This document shows positions 8,622 to 15,029 of a stretch of 32,000 nt of DNA, in pieces (position 1 is the stretch's first letter; each line of letters opens with the position of its first letter). This stretch comes from Thermoproteota archaeon (GTDB lineage: Archaea > Thermoproteota > Nitrososphaeria > Nitrososphaerales > Nitrosopumilaceae), in the NCBI GenBank assembly GCA_003352285.1, contig QQVN01000003.1, forward strand, positions 392,490 through 424,489, in the 5' to 3' direction. Below the pieces are notes generated by a model. It was given only the letters and a program-made list of their open reading frames with translations. It had not been told where the DNA came from and made no database searches. The position numbers and the translations under genes were made by a program.

Positions 8622-9602
8622 TCAAAGAAATTCATCATTAGTTTCAAAAGAATCAGAAATTAATCCCTCCAAAACAGTTTTACGATTTCCAAAGAATGTT
8701 CCCATATACTTTGCATATCGAATAAATGTCTCTGCGCTGAGAACGCCGTCATCTTCATTATTGATAATGTCTGTTATTGTGCCTGCAATTGCCTTTGCAC
8801 GACGCGCTTCTATGGCTTTCATCTCCTCGTCAAATTTTTCATGTGTTTTTTCACTCCATGTAGTTCTTCCTCTAAATTCTTTTAGATATTTTCTGTTTAA
8901 ATCGTCGGTTTCAAATGAACTATGTTGATGTATCATCCATAATGCATGTATTTTATCAATAAAATCTCCATTATGTTTGATGTATTTTCTTAATAATGCA
9001 AATTCTAGAAGATCATAAGCTAGTCTCTCTTCATTAAGTTTTAAACAACATTTGAGTCCCAATGATTCCATATCTGTAACTATTTCTATGGATTTTTCCA
9101 TTGTACATTCTTCTAAATTTATGATTTCACAAATTAACTCTTCATTTCTGATGCAAGGATTCTTTGCATGTTTAATTATTAAAAATAAAATTAACTCTCT
9201 TATCTGAGATTCATCTTTTTTTTCTTTTAGCGCATTTGGTTCTTTGGAGATTCTCATCAAAATATCATTTATCTTACTGTCAATATCCAAAAGTAATTTT
9301 TCTAATTTTACTTTATTTTCTCCTCCCTCAGTGATTCCTTCTAAGATTCTTGTTCTTTGGGCATCTAATCTTCCAAGTTGCTGTAGAATCAGATCATCCC
9401 GTTTCTGTCTAGTTTCTTCTTTAATACTGTTGTACAGATATTGAATATCTGCATTAATTGTATTTGGATTAATCTTCATTGTCTCTGCAATCTTTCTTGC
9501 AGAATAACCAAACTCAAAGTGTAGTCTTGCAACTTCATTTCTTCTACCTTCTCTGTCGTTTTTTGTATACGGTCCACCTTTTTTTGCCTCTGTTAAAGAC
9601 AT
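8622..9602 (-). CDS. Hypothetical protein with N-terminal helix-turn-helix
   Basis: 326 aa. The N-terminus RRNEVARLHFEFGYSARKIAETMKINPNTINADIQYL has the pattern of a three-helix HTH (sigma-70 region 4 / transposase-HTH-like). The remaining ~260 aa are helical-looking and unrecognised. Confidence 0.65.
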   Translation of the reverse strand: MSLTEAKKGGPYTKNDREGRRNEVARLHFEFGYSARKIAETMKINPNTINADIQYLYNSIKEETRQKRDDLILQQLGRLDAQRTRILEGITEGGENKVKLEKLLLDIDSKINDILMRISKEPNALKEKKDESQIRELILFLIIKHAKNPCIRNEELICEIINLEECTMEKSIEIVTDMESLGLKCCLKLNEERLAYDLLEFALLRKYIKHNGDFIDKIHALWMIHQHSSFETDDLNRKYLKEFRGRTTWSEKTHEKFDEEMKAIEARRAKAIAGTITDIINNEDDGVLSAETFIRYAKYMGTFFGNRKTVLEGLISDSFETNDEFL

Positions 9603-9763
9603 GTTAGTAATTGGGACTTCTCAGATTTGGAAGATCTGTTGCATTCGGTATTGACTATTAGTCAGCTCAAAATCAACCCAATTTTGAAAATGACCTAGTT
9701 TGCACTAGTTAGTATCATGATTGGATTGTAAACTTGTAAAAAGTAACATCACTCCTTACAATG

Positions 9764-9774
9764 ATTAAAATAAA
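9764..9774 (+). promoter_or_regulatory. TATA-like box for the aRF1-like gene
   Basis: ATTAAAATAAA is centred about 26 nt upstream of the GTG at 9795. This is the spacing expected for an archaeal promoter driving a leaderless or near-leaderless mRNA. Confidence 0.35.
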
Positions 9775-9794
9775 CTGAAACTTGTTTCATTCCC

Positions 9795-10853
9795 GTGAAA
9801 AAAGCATCTGAAACTTCCATGATTGAACCCTCTGAGTGGCTATCTCTAAACCAGTTTATTCATGACATAAAGCAGGTTGATTCTCAATGTATCTCAGTTT
9901 ACTATCCGTACGGAAAGGGAAAAGAAACAATCTCGCTTTTACAAAAGACACACAGAAACAAATCTCTTGAAAAAATAGAGTTAGAGATTGAAAAGAGAAT
10001 CATTCAGCTCAAAAGAAAACCAACTTCTGCAGGAAAATTCACAAAGACTATGTGCATATTTGGGTGGATAAAAAATGGTAAGATACTCACAAAGGAGATT
10101 GGTACTTCAAAGAGTCTCCCGTACATCTACATGGCAAGCAAAAAACCATACATCAAGCCATTTCGTGATATTCTAAAGGCAAACTATAACGTAATTCTTG
10201 TAACTCTTGATCAAAAAACAGCTAAAATACAAAAGATTCATGGAGATAAGATAATCCAAGAAGCAAGTCTTGGAATTGATTTGCGAGGAAGGCACAGAAA
10301 GGGAGGCCAGAGCCAGGGGAGATTCCAAAGGGCAAGAAAAACAAAGATTCACGTATTTTTCAAAAATGTTGCTGACAAGCTAAGAAAGATGGATTCAGAC
10401 TCTGAGCTAATACTGATAGGTGGCACAGGCTCGGCAAAAGAAAATTTTCTTGGAATGATTGATTCTAGACTACAAGAAAAATGTATGATGGTAGATGATC
10501 TGTCATTTTCTACGCCACAAAAAGAGGTTCACAAAAAAATAATCTCCAAACTATACCGACACAGAAGAAAACATGTGTCAAGAATTATCTCAAAGTATGA
10601 TGAATTAGTCAAAGAAGGATTAACTGCAAAGAAAAATGATGTTATTTACAAGGCACTACAAAACGGCAGAGTGGAGACGCTAATTGTTTCTGCCGACTAT
10701 CACACAGATTCACAATTTAACAAAATAATGAAGATGCTAGAGCTTGCAAAGATGACATCGGCTAAAATAGAGTTTGTATCGTCTCCAAAAGTACTAGATA
10801 GGCTAAAAATCAATGATTCGGTCTTGGCAATACTGCGTTACCGCAAAAACTGA
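9795..10853 (+). CDS. aRF1/eRF1-superfamily protein with intact GGQ loop but non-canonical N-domain
   Basis: 352 aa with GTG at 9795 and the first ATG at 9819. The middle domain has LRGRHRKGGQSQGRFQRARKTKIHVFFKNVADKL, with GGQ at nt 10302-10310. This parallels the aRF1 pattern HGRGGQSxxRFxRLRxEKxHNYxRKVAE. The C-terminal domain (LILIGGTGSAKENF... NGRVETLIVS) parallels eRF1 domain 3. I find no NIKS or YxCxxxF motif. It is shorter than the ~410-420 aa I recall as typical for aRF1. Confidence 0.75.
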   Translation: MKKASETSMIEPSEWLSLNQFIHDIKQVDSQCISVYYPYGKGKETISLLQKTHRNKSLEKIELEIEKRIIQLKRKPTSAGKFTKTMCIFGWIKNGKILTKEIGTSKSLPYIYMASKKPYIKPFRDILKANYNVILVTLDQKTAKIQKIHGDKIIQEASLGIDLRGRHRKGGQSQGRFQRARKTKIHVFFKNVADKLRKMDSDSELILIGGTGSAKENFLGMIDSRLQEKCMMVDDLSFSTPQKEVHKKIISKLYRHRRKHVSRIISKYDELVKEGLTAKKNDVIYKALQNGRVETLIVSADYHTDSQFNKIMKMLELAKMTSAKIEFVSSPKVLDRLKINDSVLAILRYRKN

Positions 10854-10952
10854 TGCATAAAACTACAAACTCCCTTAGAAAATATTCAAAATGAATGAAT
10901 TTTTTAAAAATTTGTTTGATGTTTAAAGAATAGGCCTTTTATTTCATTTTGA

Positions 10953-11155
10953 CCTACTATTCCCTGATAACTTCTAGCTTAGTGGTCTCGGCATGAAGCT
11001 AAAAACTTCGACCACTAAACTTTGACGGTGCAAAAACTCCTCAAGATTCTACTGAAAACCTTTTTTTAACGTAGAACTAAATAATTCGTAATTGGTTTGC
11101 ACGCCAACAAACCTAGAAGGGATTGTCATCAGGCAGTCCCTCTAGAAAGTTTTTT
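10953..11155 (+). ncRNA. Candidate structured small RNA (unclassified) in a 330-nt gene-free gap
   Basis: Nested complementarity is visible. A closing helix pairs 10963-10968/11128-11133 (6 bp) and 10971-10977/11113-11119 (7 bp). One hairpin pairs 10980-10987/11010-11017 (8 bp) and extends with 10995-10998/11006-11009. Another hairpin pairs 11094-11099/11108-11113. A TATA-like TTTAAAGAATA lies at 10922-10932 and a T6 run at 11150-11155. I counted 73 G+C in the 180 nt at 10961-11140, above most intergenic DNA here. An internal T7 at 11061-11067 argues against a single + strand transcript. No known RNA family motif was recognised. Confidence 0.2.
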
Positions 11156-11192
11156 GCAAATTATTATAATGTAATCAAATACACATTTGAGA

Positions 11193-11801
11193 ATGTCACA
11201 AATCAAGTGTGTGCTCTTTGATCTCGGAGGAGTTGTTCTAAACTGGAATAATTCCTGGCTAACTGATGAAATAAGCAAACAATTCAATCTCTCAAAGGAA
11301 AAATTTGAGCAAGAATTTGATAATCATTTAGGGGTTTTATCCTCTGGAAAGATGACTGAGAAAGAGTTTTGGGAAAGCATTAGCAAAAAGATTGATGCCT
11401 CAAATCTGATACGACAGGATTCTATCTTAGAACCGGTATTTAGAAAACTAGTATCAATTAATCAATCAGTATATTCCCTTTCCTCAAAGCTAAAAGATAA
11501 CGGACTCTCAATTGGAATTCTATCAAATACTGAACCTGTCACTTATTCTGTGATAGAAAGCTTGGAGTCCTTTGATCACTTTGATTACAAGTTTTTGTCA
11601 TACGAGATTGGCCTGGTAAAGCCAGATCCAAAAATATACGAACACGTTGTGAGTAATCTGCCATACAAAAAAGAGGAATTATTCTTCATAGATGATACAA
11701 TACAAAATGTTCACTCTGCAAATGACTATGGATTAAGAACAGTTCAATTCCACAGTTATGATTCCCTAGTAAATGATTTAGAGCGACTAGATATTCTTTA
11801 A
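11193..11801 (+). CDS. HAD-superfamily hydrolase (subfamily IA-like)
   Basis: HAD motif I is VLFDLGGVV, motif II ILSNT, motif III the lysine in GLVKPDPKIY, and motif IV FFIDDTIQN. The track starts at TTG 11187. ATG 11193 is the more likely start. Confidence 0.85.
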   Translation: MSQIKCVLFDLGGVVLNWNNSWLTDEISKQFNLSKEKFEQEFDNHLGVLSSGKMTEKEFWESISKKIDASNLIRQDSILEPVFRKLVSINQSVYSLSSKLKDNGLSIGILSNTEPVTYSVIESLESFDHFDYKFLSYEIGLVKPDPKIYEHVVSNLPYKKEELFFIDDTIQNVHSANDYGLRTVQFHSYDSLVNDLERLDIL

Positions 11802-11802
11802 A

Positions 11803-12141
11803 TCAAATCTGTATCTTTAGCAGTAATCGAGAGTTTATCTTTTTTCTAATTGGATTAAAATGAATCTTCCCATTCTTAATCAGGTAGCTCTCTTTGAGGT
11901 TCTCATCTTCGGGCAAAAACTCGTATTGAAAATTTCCAAGCTTAAGATCCTGTAGAATTATTCCTTTGATTGGGTGGTCTGATTCATCAAGATCAATCTT
12001 TTCTCTGTTTTGCATGATTACTCTAGGATAGTAATCTCGTTGAAACTTTTCAAGAACATATTTTTTCAAAAAGGTTTCATCATCGCGTGCCTTGAGCCAC
12101 CAATTTGGAGATACATCCATGAAGAACACTAGCTCCTGCAT
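11803..12141 (-). CDS. Hypothetical protein (112 aa)
   Basis: ATG-initiated ORF that fills the gap between neighbouring genes. No motif recognised. Confidence 0.5.
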   Translation of the reverse strand: MQELVFFMDVSPNWWLKARDDETFLKKYVLEKFQRDYYPRVIMQNREKIDLDESDHPIKGIILQDLKLGNFQYEFLPEDENLKESYLIKNGKIHFNPIRKKINSRLLLKIQI

Positions 12142-12185
12142 ACTCTAGTATACTTGTTATTTGCATTTAACACTGTTCAAAAAAT

Positions 12186-12743
12186 TTATGATTCCCCGAG
12201 TCTTGCAAATCTGACATCATACTCTTTTTGCTTTACTGCATTGCTCCCAAATTCCGTCTCAGAGTCATACTTATTCCGTAATGTGGCAAAATACTCTCCT
12301 TTGATTCTCTCGACTTGCTCATTTGCTAAAGACAAGGCATCCTCTCTTGCATATTCTAGTATTTCATGCTCGTTTTTTCCTCGTATAGGAAATTTCTTAC
12401 CCTCAAATGCTTTGGTTGCAAGGCGTCCAATCTCATCTGAATATTCCTGTGCAAGATCAAAATGCCCCTGTTCATGGTTTAGCAATTTTTCACTCATGCC
12501 AGAATCTCCCATAACAAACTCCCTAACCCAAGATAGTTTCTTTTGAAATTCTGGAATCACTGTAATCTTTGATACTGAAAAGAATCGTGGTCTGTCTGGA
12601 TTATCTGCAGTAATGATGGGATTTACAAAAAATCTTATCGATGATAACGCATCGTGTTCATGGGCTGGATTTGGTTCTGCCACAAAGTCAGACCATCGTA
12701 GTTTTTGATCCTTTGACCAATGAATTATGGAATCATCACTCAT
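12186..12743 (-). CDS. HExxH-motif protein, DUF922-like putative zinc metallopeptidase
   Basis: 185 aa. LLNHEQGHFDL contains HExxH. The N-terminal LRWSDFVAEP resembles the conserved start of DUF922-type proteins as I remember them. No signal peptide. Confidence 0.6.
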   Translation of the reverse strand: MSDDSIIHWSKDQKLRWSDFVAEPNPAHEHDALSSIRFFVNPIITADNPDRPRFFSVSKITVIPEFQKKLSWVREFVMGDSGMSEKLLNHEQGHFDLAQEYSDEIGRLATKAFEGKKFPIRGKNEHEILEYAREDALSLANEQVERIKGEYFATLRNKYDSETEFGSNAVKQKEYDVRFARLGES

Positions 12744-12869
12744 GTTTTGCTCATCCCTTGAACAATTATGAATTTAATGGCATGTTTTACCCTAAATACC
12801 TCAAACTTTGTTCCTGATTTTAAAATAAAATTAGAAAGATAGTTAAGATGTCATTTACGCCTCTATCCC

Positions 12870-13181
12870 ATGGGTAAGCGTAAGGTCCTAAACGAATCTG
12901 AACTAAAAGAGATGCAATTGCCTGCCGATGGTGAACTATTTGGCAGAGTAATCAAGATGATGGGCGGAGAAAACTTACTTGTAAAGTGTTCTGATGGTGT
13001 TACCAGAAGAGGAAGAATCAGAGGAAAGCTAAAACGAAGGGTTTGGATTCGAGATAATGATATTGTAATTATTGCTCCATGGGAGTTTGGAGACAAAGAC
13101 CGAGGAGATATCTTGTGGCGTTATACATTACCACAGGTTGACTGGCTCAAGGCAAACAAGCACATCGAAGTCGACTTTTAA
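12870..13181 (+). CDS. eif1a: Translation initiation factor aIF-1A
   Basis: 103 aa with a basic N-terminus. The S1/OB-fold core GELFGRVIKMMGGENLLVKCSDGVTRRGRIRGKLKRRVWIRDNDIVIIAPWEF is typical of a/eIF-1A. Confidence 0.93.
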   Translation: MGKRKVLNESELKEMQLPADGELFGRVIKMMGGENLLVKCSDGVTRRGRIRGKLKRRVWIRDNDIVIIAPWEFGDKDRGDILWRYTLPQVDWLKANKHIEVDF

Positions 13182-13204
13182 CCAACACCTGTTTATTACC
13201 AATA

Positions 13205-13786
13205 ATGAAATCATCTAATGATTTTTCATGCATTTCAGAATGCTCCCAGTGTTGCATTGAGCGAGAGTACTATCCTTCAAAAAAATTTGGTAAAATCGGT
13301 GTACTGATTCTACCAAAAGAAAAAAACAAAATTGAATCTCTAGTAAAAGAGCTTGGAATCAAAATTACAGTTTTGCCAAGAATTGGCATCTCAGATTCTA
13401 AATCAAAAGAACCAACTGAAATCTTGGCTTTTCAGCTAATGGGAAAGGATACCAACGGAAACACATGTCCATTTCTTGATACAGAGTCTGATTTGCGCTC
13501 TCCTCATGGGGGATTTACTTGCAAAATTTATGAGAACAGACCTTTGGCATGCAGGGCGTATCCGTTAATCGAATCCACTCCATTAACCATTGATTCAAAG
13601 TGCAAATTTTGTCAAGAGTGTGGACAACCTGATGGAAATCTCCAATCCGAATTGGAATCTCTAATTCAGATAAAGTCATCAATGCATACCGAGTCAGAAA
13701 AAATCTGGCGTTATGCAACTGGCATTGGAGAAGCAGATGATTCTGATTATATTGCAAATGGCTGGTTTGCAGAAGCAGTCGACTAA
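13205..13786 (+). CDS. YkgJ/UPF0153-family Cys-cluster (putative Zn/Fe-S) protein
   Basis: The N-terminus has CISECSQCC (Cx3CxxCC, a one-residue-longer variant of the CxxCxxCC I recall for the family). Later cysteines are CPFL, CKIYENRPLACRAYP and CKFCQEC, as in YkgJ-type proteins. Confidence 0.7.
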   Translation: MKSSNDFSCISECSQCCIEREYYPSKKFGKIGVLILPKEKNKIESLVKELGIKITVLPRIGISDSKSKEPTEILAFQLMGKDTNGNTCPFLDTESDLRSPHGGFTCKIYENRPLACRAYPLIESTPLTIDSKCKFCQECGQPDGNLQSELESLIQIKSSMHTESEKIWRYATGIGEADDSDYIANGWFAEAVD

Positions 13787-13821
13787 AACCTCATAATAGA
13801 GGACACATTGCTTGCATTATC

Positions 13822-14244
13822 ATGGAGTATGACAAGCATTCTGAACGAGAAGAGGCAACTGAAAAAGTCCTATCTATACTTGAAGAGTGGGCAAAGATTC
13901 CAAGATTCATCTGGTTTAGAAAACTACAAAGAATCTCAGAAATTGAGAAAGGACTACTACGTAATGTCATAAATGATCTAAAAAAATCACGCGAAATAGT
14001 TGAGATTCATGGTGATAACAAACGAAAATTATTTTGTTTGAAAAAACACCTAAAAAAATGTCAGGAAGAAGAGAATCGATTCAGAGGAAAGGAAACAATA
14101 GCAAAGGATGGTTCCAAGACTAGAATTATTCTAGGTAAAACAAAGGCATCTGAGAGAACAAGAAAGCGCCTTGAAAAGCAATCAAGAAAAAGACAGGTAA
14201 AGGCACGTGCAAAAAAGAAAAATAAATCGGGTCGTGTAGCTTAG
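13822..14244 (+). CDS. Hypothetical protein with lysine/arginine-rich tail (possible wHTH)
   Basis: 140 aa. The N-terminal ~75 aa are globular-looking. The C-terminal third is strongly basic (RTRKRLEKQSRKRQVKARAKKKNK). No family recognised. Confidence 0.5.
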   Translation: MEYDKHSEREEATEKVLSILEEWAKIPRFIWFRKLQRISEIEKGLLRNVINDLKKSREIVEIHGDNKRKLFCLKKHLKKCQEEENRFRGKETIAKDGSKTRIILGKTKASERTRKRLEKQSRKRQVKARAKKKNKSGRVA

Positions 14245-14252
14245 TCATTACC

Positions 14253-14471
14253 TTGGTTGAAATCTCTGATGCAGAAAAAGAAAAGCTAACTCCAGAAAAA
14301 GGATTCAATCTAGTTGGCATTGATTACTTTGAGGTTCCAGGAAACCAATTGTACCTGGTCCAGCATTTTGATGTGTATCAGGATGCACTAGCTGCAAAAA
14401 AAGACCGTACTCAGAGTGATGATTATTTTATACTATACAAGGGACCTGGCAACCAATTTTTATGCAGATAA
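14253..14471 (+). CDS. Hypothetical small protein (72 aa)
   Basis: TTG-initiated ORF with non-repetitive composition. No motif recognised. Confidence 0.35.
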   Translation: MVEISDAEKEKLTPEKGFNLVGIDYFEVPGNQLYLVQHFDVYQDALAAKKDRTQSDDYFILYKGPGNQFLCR

Positions 14472-14493
14472 AATTTTCTAAAAAAATGATAAT

Positions 14494-14631
14494 TTAGTGG
14501 CTATGTCCACAGCCACATGAATCATGTCCATGGGATTCTTGTTTTTCATTTCCTGCACATTTGGCACACTTGTTAGAACCAGTGGGTGAGAAAAATCCAA
14601 CTCCACAAGAAATGCATTTCATACTTGACAT
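14494..14631 (-). CDS. Small zinc-ribbon-like protein with His/Cys-rich tail
   Basis: It has CISCG...14 residues...CAKCAG followed by HGHDSCGCGHSH. The track ORF extends to 14727. The internal Met at 14631 (MSSMKCISCG) gives a 45-aa product and looks more plausible. Confidence 0.4.
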   Translation of the reverse strand: MSSMKCISCGVGFFSPTGSNKCAKCAGNEKQESHGHDSCGCGHSH

Positions 14632-14772
14632 GTGAGTACTTTTTTGGGCCCGTATATAACCACTTGTCAAAAGCATGTCAAAACAAGACCAGATGCCCTC
14701 ACCAAAGCAAACAATTCGTGTGTTCATTTATCACACACATCTGTATTATTCATATTGTACCGGATAGGAATC

Positions 14773-14949
14773 ATGGGAGATAGATTACCAAAATTAGATT
14801 CTCATATCATAGATTACTTTCTGTATGTGGCAGAGAAGATGGAGAATCAATTAGATGATGAATCATACGCATCTGTAAAGCGACTATTTGATAAGGATGT
14901 ATTCATGTATGAGAAATTTTTAAAAAATTCTCCTAATACAGAATCTTAA
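14773..14949 (+). CDS. Hypothetical small protein (58 aa from ATG 14773)
   Basis: This is the distal part of the track ORF 14632-14949. The upstream part of that ORF is antisense to the zinc-ribbon gene, so ATG 14773 is preferred. Confidence 0.3.
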   Translation: MGDRLPKLDSHIIDYFLYVAEKMENQLDDESYASVKRLFDKDVFMYEKFLKNSPNTES

Positions 14950-15029
14950 TTCTCAAAAACCCGATCCTTACTATTTATTATTTAGTTGTAATTATCTGAA
15001 TTAAATCGGGAGGGATAAAAATAGAAACT

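Larger units (their letters stand above)
2001..9794. other. Putative accessory / defence island (8 non-housekeeping ORFs in mixed orientation)
   Basis: The block is bounded by the aEF-2 stop (2000) and the promoter of the aRF1-like gene (9795). It contains an HEPN-motif protein, Mrr, an OLD-type nuclease and uncharacterised ORFs. Spot checks show lower G+C than the flanks: the 60-nt line at 7561 has 17 G+C, the line at 1561 has 30. No integrase, tRNA or convincing flanking direct repeat was seen, so the borders are approximate. Confidence 0.5.

Noticed and set aside
8596-9444. Plus-strand ORFs 8596-8928 and 9244-9444
   Set aside because: They are antisense to the 326-aa HTH gene. Their composition is Ser/Leu/Phe-rich, typical of reverse-frame translation of a K/E-rich gene.
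9795-10853. Assignment of the 352-aa eRF1-superfamily protein as Pelota (similar length)
   Set aside because: Pelota lacks the GGQ loop, which is intact here (nt 10302-10310). The N-terminus also does not resemble the Sm-like Pelota N-domain.
10971-11017. tRNA-like string CTAGCTTAGTGGTC resembling an acceptor/D-arm start
   Set aside because: The would-be D-loop is far too long. No T-arm (GGTTCRANYC-type) or anticodon stem can be drawn nearby, even allowing an intron. This is not a tRNA.
2043-11080. Shared 9-mer TAGAACTAA at 2043-2051 and 11072-11080 as possible att-like direct repeats bracketing island plus aRF1-like gene
   Set aside because: Nine nucleotides in AT-rich DNA is well within chance expectation for these spacers. 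The match does not extend, and no integrase is present.
11125-11132. C-box-like UGAUGA on the minus strand (reverse complement of GTCATCAG), suggesting a C/D-box sRNA
   Set aside because: No CUGA D box sits at an appropriate distance on that strand. The UGAU also lies inside the predicted closing helix rather than in a k-turn context.
12154-13096. ORFs 12154-12546 (+) and 12863-13096 (-)
   Set aside because: They are antisense to the HExxH-protein gene and to aIF-1A respectively, both of which carry recognisable motifs.
13515-14783. ORFs 13515-13757 (-), 14126-14320 (-) and 14586-14783 (+)
   Set aside because: They overlap better-supported genes (YkgJ-like, the basic-tail protein and the zinc-ribbon gene) on the opposite strand and have no motifs.
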